Positions 9,501-18,288 of a DNA stretch of 64,000 bases are shown here, one piece after another; the first letter of the stretch is position 1, and every line of letters begins with the position of its first letter. This stretch comes from Flavobacteriales bacterium (GTDB lineage Bacteria > Bacteroidota > Bacteroidia > M30B66). The position numbers were made by a program, and so were the translations under genes. Location of the stretch: NCBI GenBank assembly GCA_044369395.1, contig JBIPLZ010000421.1, positions 24,847-88,846 on the forward strand. The letters run 5' to 3'. The notes under the pieces are model-generated. The model was given only the letters and a program-made list of their open reading frames with translations. It was not told the origin of the DNA and made no database searches.

Positions 9501-12500
9501 TTTAATGGTTTTACTTCTTTATCTAAATCGCCTCTGTCTGCACCCGTAAAGTTGTCAACTTCTTTTTGAAGTAAATAAGCAACAGTAGCAGGGTCAAAGT
9601 TAGAGGTCTTATCTTTAAATGCTTGATCTCCAGACAAAGAGTGACCCATTAATGCTGCAAGAATCATATGGGAGTTTAATCCCCCAGATCGACCTATCAA
9701 TCCATCAACAGCAGACATACCGTTAAACGCTCCATGATTTTTTTCAAGTTGAGCATTTACTTGTGGAGTTTGCATTAACTCCATAGGTACTTGTATTTGT
9801 GAAGCAGCACTACCGTATAGATCGCCATCTCCCATTTTTCTAGGAACAAATTTAGCTGCTTTATTAGAAGGACGTGCTGGCTCTTTTGTTGGTTCGGAAA
9901 CAATTTCTGGTTCGACTACTGGTGCAGCATTTTCAATGCTTTTGTCATAAGCAGCTTGAGCATTTTTAAGTTCTTCTTCTGCGTTTTCAAAAGCTAAAAT
10001 TTCAGCAGGCGGTTGATTTTCTCTTAATAAAAATGCACGATCTTTTAATTTTTTTTCTTTTTCAAAAGCTATTCGTGCATTAACTAAATCTGCTTTTAAA
10101 TTTTTATTTTTGGGTTTTAAAGGATTTCTATCTGTAGGTTTTATTTTTGGAGTTTCAGCAATGTCGGGGTCAACATCTCCACTTTTAGCGTGTCGAGTAT
10201 CAATTTCATTAGCATTTTCATCGTATCGATAATAACTTCCATTTTCTCCTATATATACTAAATCACTATTTATATTTTTAGATATTGTTCCAGGGATTCC
10301 GGGTTTGAAATTTTTTCTTCTTTCTATTTCAGAATTGATTGTATTTCTTTTTTCTTGTTCTTCTAAAGTATATCCCTCTTCTGATGGCTTCATTTCATCA
10401 AGAACATCCTTGAGTGTTTGAAAACCCCAGTGTTTAATCATTTCTGTAAAATTTGAATATTCGTCAGACTGCTCATTTGTTGGTAAACTTATTGGTTTTT
10501 CTGGTGGTACTACTGGTTTAATAATTGAAGGACGTGGCTCGGGATTTAAATCAATCGGTGGAGTTTTAGGGGTGATACTAATAGTAGGATCAGCGTGTCC
10601 TGTTACACCAAAGCTTGTATGAATTTTGCCATCTTGATAAAGATACTGTAATCCATTCTCTCCAGTATAAACTTCTTCGTTATCTTTATTTTTAGATAAA
10701 GTTCCAGGAATGCCAGGTTTAAAATTGTCTCTTCTTTCTATTTCTTTATCTACGTTAGCGTTATCTTCAATTTCAAAATCTTGCCAATTTGGACTTCCAT
10801 CTGAGTTGTAACCTTTTCTAGGTTCTCGAAATTCTTGCTGTTCTTTTAATTCAGAATACCTATAGTCTAGAAAACGATTTTTCTTTGGTGCTGTTGCTGA
10901 AGAAGTAGTTTCTGGTGCTAATTCTATTTCTAATTCAGCTATAGCTTTATCTATCTCTTTGATTTCGTCTTCGCTTAATGGAGGAGCAGTTGCAACTTTA
11001 GGTTTTGATTTTGCAACATCTTTTGGTGTATTGTTTTCTTTTTCTTTTTTCTTTTTATTTAAAACTCTAAATAACGTTGCTCCCGCTACTCCAGCAGTTC
11101 CTAAAGCAAGAGCTATTAATCTTCCAAAATTTGAACTAGGCTTTTCTTTTGGATTTTCTGAAACCTCTGGGGTTGCTATTTCAGACTCCATTGGAGAAGG
11201 AGTAGGTGCTGGGGATGGAGGTTGGTTTAAAGTGTTGTTTGGAGTTTGTATGTCTCCCGAAGCTTCAACGTCTTTAATGTGTGCTTCTTTTTGAGCACGG
11301 GAAAACTTTCTCCATTTACTAGGATCAATAGATTTTTTAGAAAACAAACCTTTTTTTAAACGAGCAGCTCCTTTCATTAAAGAAAGAGGTTTTTCATTTC
11401 CTTCTATATCTGCAACATGAAGATGACCTTCAGCAGCAAGTTTTTCAGTTAGAGATTCACCGTCTACTAAAATGTCCCCAAGAAGTCGTTGATATTTATC
11501 TAACTTTGGTTTTCCTTCACTATCTACTAAAACTTTTGCTTCAATTTTTTTTGCATTAGCTAATATATTTCTTGCTGCATCTTCTGCTTCTCGTCCACCT
11601 GGCTGATCAAGTTCTCCTGGTCCATGAGCAACTTCCGGAGCATCTCCTTTATTAAGTCTTAATTTACCTTTACCCGTGTCATAAGTATCAGCATCTTTAA
11701 TAAGATTACTAGTAAGAGGATTTTTAACGTTCATTGGAAACGTTACGTATTTTTCTTCTTTTATAGAAGCCGGTTTTTTATTTGTTGAGGTAGGTTTTGA
11801 ATTTACCGGAATAGTAGGTAAAGATAAAGCAGGGGTTGGTTTAGCCGTAGGAGCTGTAGAATAAAACGGAGCTTGTGACCCTGATATAATACTGTCAGGT
11901 GGAACATTTGTTGAGCCTTTAATTCCAACTTTAGGAGCATTAGGATTAGTAGATCGTAACAATGGCGGGTTATTTTTACTGGATTGTTCAATTGCTGATG
12001 GTATAGCTACAATAGTATCTACAACATTTTTAACTATGTTATCAAGATTTTTTTGAGGATCTTCGGGTTTAGGTTCTAAAGGCAGTATTCCACCTTGGCT
12101 GTAAAGACCTCCAGCAGCTAACCAAGCTTGTTCTTTTTTATCTTTTTCTTCTTTTTCTTTTTGATTTTTTTCTTCTAAAGCTGCTGTTTCCTCAGCCGTC
12201 GGTGGAGGGCCTGCAAGTTGTGCTGCTTTTGCATCTTCTTTTTGTTTCTTAAGTGCTGCTACTCTAGCAGCTTCTTTTTCTTTTTCCGCACGGATTTGTT
12301 TAATATCTTCAACAGCAGAAGATGGTTTAGCAGCTTCTTCTGCTTTTCTTTCACGGTCTGCATAAATACTTAACTCTGCTGCATTTGGACTTTTATCTTT
12401 ACGACGATCTTCAATTCCTTTTTGGAAAAAGTTTTCACGGGCTCTTGGGTCGCCTATTACACTTCCTTCAACACCGTTATTTTTATTTACAAATCCCGCG

Positions 12501-15500
12501 GCTCTTTCGTCTTCTAATGTTCCAGCCCCTGCCATAGAAGCCATTAACATTGGAACAATAGCTGCTGCTAACATTGGTCCAGATAAAGAGTTTTTAATTG
12601 CAGCTACAATAGAATATTTAAAATCACCTGCGGGAAGGTTTTGATCTTTTAATCCAGAGACATCATGGCCTGCAATACCTTTTAAAACGGCTGCAAGAAG
12701 TTCTTCAAAAGAAGATAAGTATTTGCCAGAGTCAAAAGCACCTGCTAAATCTCCCGATTTCTGGTTGCTAATTGCTCCGTATGCACCTTGAAGCTCTCCT
12801 CTAGCTTGAGCTAAGTCGGCTCCTTCTGCAAATAAAGCGGGTATCTTATTAGAAAGACCATGAATAAAAGCTTCTTCCATAATTAAAGCTATTACTTTGG
12901 CTCTTGCTTCAGCATCATTTCCTAAAATAGCAGCGTCAGGAATTGCAAGAGTAAGTGATTGTTTTAAGTTATCACCTTCACCTTTTGTTCCTACACGACC
13001 TTGATATTCTCCATCTTTTCCTTTTATGCTTTCACTACGAGATATTTTTATTTTGTCAAATATTTTGTAGATGTTTATGCCCATTTCATTTGAAATGGTT
13101 TTTAATAGGTTTTTTACCCCTTCAACATAAGAAGCATCAGTGACAACTTTATTACCTTTATTTATTCTTAATTCTGCATCGCCTTCTTTTTGATTGATGT
13201 TTTGTATGCTTGAATCTTTTCCGGAATAAAACTTTTTGATAATAGAAGAAACTGTTTCAACAACAGATATTAAATTTTTATCTGGAGTTTTACCAGAGTC
13301 GTTAGCTAGGTTTTTTACTATGCTTGAAACGTTTTCGCTAGGGGGTGTAATTGAACTTTTAAGTTTTTGAAATTGAGAAGCTAACGCTCTAAATATTTGA
13401 TCTTGAATTTCAGTATCAACACTTGCGTCATGTGCTGTACCTTCTGTAATTATTCCAAAAGCTTCTTTTTGAACTTCAATTGTAAATATTGTTTTTCCAT
13501 CTTCAGAAGCTTCTTGTTGTTTTATAGAATCAACAATACCTGATCTGTTTTCTTTTTCTTCTCTTTTTTTTGCTTGATCTAAAGCAATTTTTGTAAGCTT
13601 TGTCTGAAGATCAGAAGTTTTAAAATGTTTTTTTTCTATTTCTATTAATTGTTTAATTATGTAATCAGTGTTTACATTTGCATATGAAGCGGAACCTATT
13701 TCATTTTTTCTTTTATCAACATTTCCAACAATTTTTAACATTGCATTTTTTATTTCGTCATTATTAGCATTAGCTAAATCGTCTTCATATGTTCCTTTTC
13801 GATTAATTGTTGCTGTAGGATCTTTCTCTAACATTTCTGCAATTTTATCTGTTATACGTTTTGCAGCATTTTCTGGAGTTAAAGTATTTCCAGCGTCATC
13901 TTCTTTAAGATACGTTTCATTAAAATCTTTAAATTTTGGGTCTTTGTTTAAATCGAGAGTTTCATCTGCCTTAATAAAAATGTTTAAAGGTTCAACTAAA
14001 TTTTTTCCTAAAGCATCTTTCATAATCATGCTTAATTGAACAATCTGAGCTTCAATTGCATGATTTTCAGAATTAACAGGGGCTGTTGGCGGTGATACTG
14101 TCTCAGCATCTATTGTTATTACATTTTTATTTTTAAACAGATTTCCAATATTGTTTAAATCTAAAAGTATTGAAGATAAGTTTTCATTTGAATCAGAATT
14201 AGAGTCGGAGTCATTATTAGCGTCTATAAGCTTAGTAACTAAATTTTCTGTCTCTAATGTTTTTTGACCTCTTGCTAACGCTTCTTGTGTGCTTTGGGTT
14301 AATGTTGAAACAGGAGCAGATGTATTAGTTGCAGAAGCATCTTTTACTCCATAAACTGAATCTCTTGCATCTTGTTTTTTTTGTCTTCTTGTTTTAAAAA
14401 GATTATCTTTGTTATCAATACCAGCAGCAATTAATGCAAGCTCGGCATCTTTAAACCACTTTTCTATTCCAAGTCGTTCTAAATAATAATTTTTAAGCTG
14501 TTCTAGTTTTTTAAGATACCAGTTATTTTCTTCTGGAGGTTCAATCTTTGCTATTTCTTCTTTAGACAAACCTTTTATTTTTTCTTGATATTCTTTTTCT
14601 GCTACATCATCTTTTTCTTTTTGTCTTTTTTGACGAGGAGAAAGATCCGCATTTTTAATTGCTGCCATAGCTTTTTTATGAGCAGCAGTTACGTTTTCTT
14701 TTTCAGTTAAATAGTTAACATAAGACCGTAAAGGTTTTTGATAATGCTCCCCAAATTTGTTGATGTCTTCAGCTAAAGAGTCGGGTTGATCTAAAAAGCT
14801 TTCGTAAGTTCTCTTATTAAAAGGCTCTAACGGCTTTTCATCATTTTTGTGATTATCTTTGTTAGTTTGCCGTATTGCTTCTAATCTTTCTTGATGGGCT
14901 CGATACTCTATTTCTTTGGCAACTAAATACTCAACGTAGTTGTTTAGAGCACCAGCAGATTCTGTTTGTTCTTTTTTATAAGTATTTACAGCGTTTGCTT
15001 GTTTATAAGCATCAACATTCCCTGGCATGGGAAAGTCTTGTTTTCTTTGTACATCTTTTTCTTCTTTTTTCTTTTCATTTGCTATTCGTTTAGCATCTTG
15101 AAATTTTTCGTATAGCTCAGATTTTGTTTCTAAAAAAGCTTTGTACTTTGCTAAATTTTCTTGATTCCTTTTTACTTCATTAGCATTTCGTTCTGCTACT
15201 ACTTGCTTGCTTTCGTTATAAGATTTTGTCCATTGAGCTTTCTTTTTTAAATATTCAAGGTGTTTTTTTTCACTCTCAGCGTCTTTTGGGCTGGAAACTT
15301 TTGGATCTTCATTAAACGCTTTGGTCCATTGAGCTTTCTTTTTTAAATACTCAATATGATCTCGTTGATCTTGAGTCATACCACTACTGTCAACAGCTTC
15401 TCGTTTAGCTTTTTCTTCTTCGTAAAATTTTGTAGATGCTTCAGATTTCCTTTTAAGCATTTTTACGTAATCAGCTAATATTTCGTCATCGTTAAGAGTG

Positions 15501-15898
15501 GGATCTTTTACGTTGTTTTTTGCAGCGAGTTGTTTACGAATAAGAATCTTTGCGTTTTCACGCATAGCAAAACTTGCAAGAATTTCAGCGTCAGATTTTT
15601 CACCACCACCACTACTACCACTTCTAGCAAAGTGACTAGCAAGACCGCCTCGTTGCCCACCGCCTTGATTGTCGTTACTAAACAGGGATCGAGATGCTCT
15701 CATTTGAAATGCAAGAGCGTGGAATTCTACTGCAATGTGCTTGGCAGAATCTTGAATAGATTCTAATTGAATACTAAAACGGTTTAAAGAAGCGGTCATT
15801 TGAGAGAACTGCTCAAATATTTTTTTGACCGCTTCTGCACCGGTGTAAGGTACTTGTGATAGTTTTGGACGACCGTGTTCTTGTCCTTGACCGATCAT
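6494..15898 (-). CDS. giant tape-measure-like virion protein (3134 aa) with an embedded staphylococcal-nuclease (SNase/thermonuclease) domain
   Basis: It sits after the tail-assembly-chaperone pair and before the distal tail genes. It is highly charged, K/E-rich and coiled-coil-like, with internal tandem repeats. The C-terminal ~500 aa have Gly/Ala-rich hydrophobic segments (GAAVLPAIAFFGALVSGVSLLINGFAFF...; AGAATAGAGAATAGAG). At roughly aa 1270-1400 (about nt 11410-11720) there is an SNase-like signature: DADTYDTGKGKLRLNKGDAPE...KIEAKVLVDSEGKPKLDKYQRLLGDILVDGESLTEKLAAEGHLHV. Confidence 0.6.
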   Translation of the reverse strand: MIGQGQEHGRPKLSQVPYTGAEAVKKIFEQFSQMTASLNRFSIQLESIQDSAKHIAVEFHALAFQMRASRSLFSNDNQGGGQRGGLASHFARSGSSGGGEKSDAEILASFAMRENAKILIRKQLAAKNNVKDPTLNDDEILADYVKMLKRKSEASTKFYEEEKAKREAVDSSGMTQDQRDHIEYLKKKAQWTKAFNEDPKVSSPKDAESEKKHLEYLKKKAQWTKSYNESKQVVAERNANEVKRNQENLAKYKAFLETKSELYEKFQDAKRIANEKKKEEKDVQRKQDFPMPGNVDAYKQANAVNTYKKEQTESAGALNNYVEYLVAKEIEYRAHQERLEAIRQTNKDNHKNDEKPLEPFNKRTYESFLDQPDSLAEDINKFGEHYQKPLRSYVNYLTEKENVTAAHKKAMAAIKNADLSPRQKRQKEKDDVAEKEYQEKIKGLSKEEIAKIEPPEENNWYLKKLEQLKNYYLERLGIEKWFKDAELALIAAGIDNKDNLFKTRRQKKQDARDSVYGVKDASATNTSAPVSTLTQSTQEALARGQKTLETENLVTKLIDANNDSDSNSDSNENLSSILLDLNNIGNLFKNKNVITIDAETVSPPTAPVNSENHAIEAQIVQLSMIMKDALGKNLVEPLNIFIKADETLDLNKDPKFKDFNETYLKEDDAGNTLTPENAAKRITDKIAEMLEKDPTATINRKGTYEDDLANANNDEIKNAMLKIVGNVDKRKNEIGSASYANVNTDYIIKQLIEIEKKHFKTSDLQTKLTKIALDQAKKREEKENRSGIVDSIKQQEASEDGKTIFTIEVQKEAFGIITEGTAHDASVDTEIQDQIFRALASQFQKLKSSITPPSENVSSIVKNLANDSGKTPDKNLISVVETVSSIIKKFYSGKDSSIQNINQKEGDAELRINKGNKVVTDASYVEGVKNLLKTISNEMGINIYKIFDKIKISRSESIKGKDGEYQGRVGTKGEGDNLKQSLTLAIPDAAILGNDAEARAKVIALIMEEAFIHGLSNKIPALFAEGADLAQARGELQGAYGAISNQKSGDLAGAFDSGKYLSSFEELLAAVLKGIAGHDVSGLKDQNLPAGDFKYSIVAAIKNSLSGPMLAAAIVPMLMASMAGAGTLEDERAAGFVNKNNGVEGSVIGDPRARENFFQKGIEDRRKDKSPNAAELSIYADRERKAEEAAKPSSAVEDIKQIRAEKEKEAARVAALKKQKEDAKAAQLAGPPPTAEETAALEEKNQKEKEEKDKKEQAWLAAGGLYSQGGILPLEPKPEDPQKNLDNIVKNVVDTIVAIPSAIEQSSKNNPPLLRSTNPNAPKVGIKGSTNVPPDSIISGSQAPFYSTAPTAKPTPALSLPTIPVNSKPTSTNKKPASIKEEKYVTFPMNVKNPLTSNLIKDADTYDTGKGKLRLNKGDAPEVAHGPGELDQPGGREAEDAARNILANAKKIEAKVLVDSEGKPKLDKYQRLLGDILVDGESLTEKLAAEGHLHVADIEGNEKPLSLMKGAARLKKGLFSKKSIDPSKWRKFSRAQKEAHIKDVEASGDIQTPNNTLNQPPSPAPTPSPMESEIATPEVSENPKEKPSSNFGRLIALALGTAGVAGATLFRVLNKKKKEKENNTPKDVAKSKPKVATAPPLSEDEIKEIDKAIAELEIELAPETTSSATAPKKNRFLDYRYSELKEQQEFREPRKGYNSDGSPNWQDFEIEDNANVDKEIERRDNFKPGIPGTLSKNKDNEEVYTGENGLQYLYQDGKIHTSFGVTGHADPTISITPKTPPIDLNPEPRPSIIKPVVPPEKPISLPTNEQSDEYSNFTEMIKHWGFQTLKDVLDEMKPSEEGYTLEEQEKRNTINSEIERRKNFKPGIPGTISKNINSDLVYIGENGSYYRYDENANEIDTRHAKSGDVDPDIAETPKIKPTDRNPLKPKNKNLKADLVNARIAFEKEKKLKDRAFLLRENQPPAEILAFENAEEELKNAQAAYDKSIENAAPVVEPEIVSEPTKEPARPSNKAAKFVPRKMGDGDLYGSAASQIQVPMELMQTPQVNAQLEKNHGAFNGMSAVDGLIGRSGGLNSHMILAALMGHSLSGDQAFKDKTSNFDPATVAYLLQKEVDNFTGADRGDLDKEVKPLNPTAVKRIDESGRGSLEQEQKKIEAYLKTMANPIFQKIARANLVIVQNQLNRLNDIKRSTAETTTEVKKDDDEPLIISEPSDATTEDAKDTKPEVTKNPDVTKEEKQEEKKEEATTKINAESKQAIPRFREEVPAGWAEVLAETLNRYSGNAYEDHDTIDVDSIVNAIPNTEETKEKKSKFRYDYEAMDSTGTEVKDSINASSEEEAQQKVKELGYALTKITKSNKPPVYEELENNKPEDDSKEKEFYYNIINPNKDVNDFTREKEGHEYASSEEEAFQQIQKKYPEYEIKYIENTADDKPSKVLPQAETSIGVMGAAFGAAVGVSFGTAAVGPIGGIIGSLIGGFLGKLGGGLLVNRFNTERAERFEEREEEKKHRQKERSKQKEDATDTPEIKEKRNEIEIKEAQKYDLENMKSPEDLEKELQAQKMSGAEISDADIDIAVEKQKKAIEASADAIEKLKQELQALTEILNDLIKNKPAVDPEAGSGRRPEHHFLGGFVGGKNSFPGKPKGLDQTPVWAQEGEYITAKKDVPYMMAALGAYKKRGVSHMARGGVVGGGSATITRPSGGSYSSGDIMGPFKDKLNDFVKNTRFGAFVSNLTEASAKIQSFSQSMSGMTANASPDTFATFTGSIKLLSGAVGMALIPVFLRASQIIQTWAREIMNGTGTAGRLFSMFSSLVNSVLDGKFLALGVGIALLGAAVLPAIAFFGALVSGVSLLINGFAFFRAALLASSLMLRRGAAVPPVSPVAAGAATATAGAGAATAGAGAATAGAAKAGASAATAGAASTTGAKTTGFLAKLLAGGGGAAMTGGILSGIVGGVSEGMENADIKSMSGGENVVRTGAQVAGAGGGALAGAMGGAWAGAALGSLVGPLGTAVGGAVGGLIGGALGSWGGSKIASGTSNLAFGDKRRNEKDANGKPLPANDSKQQLSMAYQSSKSQSSYSSVEEAYKKIQVSALGDDPMTAELKKMNEHGLINMLKELEKVNEGVRENKIPMGASS

Positions 15899-15907
15899 AA
15901 GGGCTCC

Positions 15908-16114
15908 TTACAATTTAGGGGAAGGCTCACTATTTTGTTTGTTCCAAAGTTTTTGAGTCTCTTCTTCTGAAAGACCTCTCCAATCTTTGTTAACTTTCCA
16001 AAATAGTTCTTTAGCCGATTGATATTGACCAACTGGTTCGTCTGCCGATTTTGGTCTAAAATACAAGTTTTTAACTTGATAGGGGGTGAGCTTACTTATC
16101 TGCTCAATACTCAA
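15908..16114 (-). CDS. tail assembly chaperone, -1-frame extension (GT-like C-terminal part)
   Basis: A 68-aa ORF is annotated from a TTG, but its frame is open upstream for at least about 50 more codons, overlapping the end of the 147-aa ORF in the -1 frame. Confidence 0.35.
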   Translation of the reverse strand: MSIEQISKLTPYQVKNLYFRPKSADEPVGQYQSAKELFWKVNKDWRGLSEEETQKLWNKQNSEPSPKL

Positions 16115-16158
16115 GTTATATGGGTCACGTAATAACGTCGCAAAGATCTCTGAGATAC

Positions 16159-16602
16159 TTATCCGGCGGCCTGGTTCTGAGCTGCCTCCGGACCACTCGG
16201 GTTTGGGTCGGTGTTCGCCTCTCCAACTTTTTCCATCATTTCTTCTAATCGTGTTTGAACAAGATCATCAATCGTATCAATTTCAATCTCAGGATGATTA
16301 GGAAGAAGACAAATATGAAGAATTTTTTTAAAGTGAGTAAGCGTTTGCATAGCTCTCATACAAGGAGCAGATCCAAATGCGTAATACCCTTCTGCAATAT
16401 CTTTTTGAGTTTGAGCAATTAACTCTGCGTACTCTGTTTGTGTTAAATACTGACGCATTCTTTTTGCAGTCTTAACCGCAGTGTCTTCTAAATACTTTTC
16501 AAAATCACCTTGAATTTTGTATGTCCAAGGAGAGCATGTATACTTTACACCGTTGTGCTCAAAGGTACTACCAAGCCCCAGTGCTTTAGAAATCTCAGCC
16601 AT
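16159..16602 (-). CDS. tail assembly chaperone (G-like, upstream frame)
   Basis: 147-aa ORF immediately upstream of the tape-measure-like gene, in the canonical position. The -1 frame is open across its 3' end and continues into the next ORF. Confidence 0.4.
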   Translation of the reverse strand: MAEISKALGLGSTFEHNGVKYTCSPWTYKIQGDFEKYLEDTAVKTAKRMRQYLTQTEYAELIAQTQKDIAEGYYAFGSAPCMRAMQTLTHFKKILHICLLPNHPEIEIDTIDDLVQTRLEEMMEKVGEANTDPNPSGPEAAQNQAAG

Positions 16603-16611
16603 ATCATTCTC

Positions 16612-17154
16612 CTAAATGTTATAAACTTCATAATCCGGACTATTGTTTTTGCCTGAAAAAGTAATTTTTGTAATGCCTTTAGCTTCAGCAGTCTGAGTAC
16701 ATTGTGTAATTAAAAAGCTGTTAAAAAGCCAATAAGCATTACTACTACCTAAAGCAGGCAACGTTGAAAAATTAGGCGAACTTCGATATTTATCTGGGTA
16801 TAAAGCAAGAGCTATTGTTCTCCCTGCTGTTAATTCAAAGCCACCCGAAAACCAAAATTGAACTCCACCAGAAGTTGAAGCTGTATCATAAAAAGCTTCT
16901 ACATTTACAATAATTTCAGATACAGTTGGAATAGCATACTTAGTGTTTATTTTTTTAGGATTGTTTCGAATACCAGCAGCAATTTGAGCACCTTGAGTGC
17001 TAGTAAGATCTGCTGTTTCAATTGACATGTCAACAGACCATTTATTTGCTTTTATAACTTGCCAAGGTCCGGGAGTTGCTGCTGACGCATGAAGTGGTAA
17101 AGCTGCATAAGTTGCCATAGCAACTCGACCACCCCACCCTGCAATTACTGCCAT
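16612..17154 (-). CDS. hypothetical tail protein
   Basis: 180-aa ORF in the tail module between the tube-like proteins and the chaperones. Confidence 0.3.
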   Translation of the reverse strand: MAVIAGWGGRVAMATYAALPLHASAATPGPWQVIKANKWSVDMSIETADLTSTQGAQIAAGIRNNPKKINTKYAIPTVSEIIVNVEAFYDTASTSGGVQFWFSGGFELTAGRTIALALYPDKYRSSPNFSTLPALGSSNAYWLFNSFLITQCTQTAEAKGITKITFSGKNNSPDYEVYNI

Positions 17155-17214
17155 AATACATTCCTATTTATAAAAGGAGAGCTTAAGTAAGCTCTCCTTC
17201 TATTAAAATTAAAA

Positions 17215-17694
17215 CTAAGCTATTTGAATACCTGTACCACCGGAAACTTTTCCAGCTAAAGTATATTTAATAACTCCGCGAACTTCTGTATCAACGGTAA
17301 GGTTTTCTACAAAAGCATTAAACATAAACTTTTTAGTGTCACCAGCACCTGCGTAGTCAACACCAGAAGCCACGCCTTTGTTAGTAAACAATTGCAATTT
17401 GATATAAGCACCGGGCTTAAGCAGAGGAATAATACCATCAACTGCGTCATAATACGCATCAACGTTAAATTCCAAGTCGGACATAGATTGAACATAACGG
17501 CTAATTGGAGTGTTAGCTCCGTCAGCACCACCAGTTGTTTCTTCAAAAGAAGAAGCATCTTGCAGTTCGGTTTTGTAAGTTACAGACCATTTGGTTGCAA
17601 GTAAAGCAATCGCGTTGCCAACACCTGCACCAGTAGGACCAACAGCTTGAACTAGTACACGACCACGAAAACCGGAAATTGCTGTAGCTGGCAT
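17215..17694 (-). CDS. tail tube-like protein
   Basis: 159-aa ORF with N-terminus MPATAISGFRGRV, similar to the neighbouring 173-aa ORF (MATSLAISGIRAGF). This is the size and position expected for a major tail protein. Confidence 0.35.
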   Translation of the reverse strand: MPATAISGFRGRVLVQAVGPTGAGVGNAIALLATKWSVTYKTELQDASSFEETTGGADGANTPISRYVQSMSDLEFNVDAYYDAVDGIIPLLKPGAYIKLQLFTNKGVASGVDYAGAGDTKKFMFNAFVENLTVDTEVRGVIKYTLAGKVSGGTGIQIA

Positions 17695-17746
17695 TTAGAA
17701 ACTCCTTAATTTTTTATAAACAGGGGGATAAATAAACAACGCTGGA

Positions 17747-18268
17747 TTACTCCCCAGCAAAGCCTACACGAACAATGACAGGGTTTGATCCGTCATTATT
17801 TTGAATTTTAAGTATGTCAGCGGTAGTTAAAGTTACTGGATAACCAGTAGAATCGTTGCAAGAAAGCTGCATACAACCGCCTAAACGAATTCTAATTTTA
17901 TCGGTTGCGTCACCAAAAAAACTTGAAAACGCAGCAGTAGCGTGACCGCCTACATAAATAGATGATCCCGTGCTAAGTGTAGAAGATAGTAATTCAATAT
18001 ACATAAGACGGATTTTAGTAAAAGCAATGCTTGCTCCAAATACGTCTGTAAGTGCTCCAGAAAGATCTAAGTTTGCAGTTGCACCTGCTGCAATAGAAAT
18101 CTCATCTACATAAAATACACTGCACTTACCTTCACCAGTTCCATTTGCAAGAGAACTAGAAAAGTTAAAAGATCCGGAATTAGTGGTGTCAGCTCCTACA
18201 GTAGTAGTTTGGGCTGCACTCCAACCAAAACCTGCTCGAATACCGCTAATTGCTAATGATGTAGCCAT
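17747..18268 (-). CDS. tail tube-like protein (paralog)
   Basis: 173-aa ORF sharing the AISGxRxG N-terminal motif with the 159-aa ORF. Confidence 0.35.
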   Translation of the reverse strand: MATSLAISGIRAGFGWSAAQTTTVGADTTNSGSFNFSSSLANGTGEGKCSVFYVDEISIAAGATANLDLSGALTDVFGASIAFTKIRLMYIELLSSTLSTGSSIYVGGHATAAFSSFFGDATDKIRIRLGGCMQLSCNDSTGYPVTLTTADILKIQNNDGSNPVIVRVGFAGE

Positions 18269-18288
18269 TTAAAAATCTCCTAAGAATG

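Noticed and set aside
16086-16301. Plus-strand 71-aa ORF across the chaperone junction
   Set aside because: It is antisense to the conserved chaperone pair and has no RBS.
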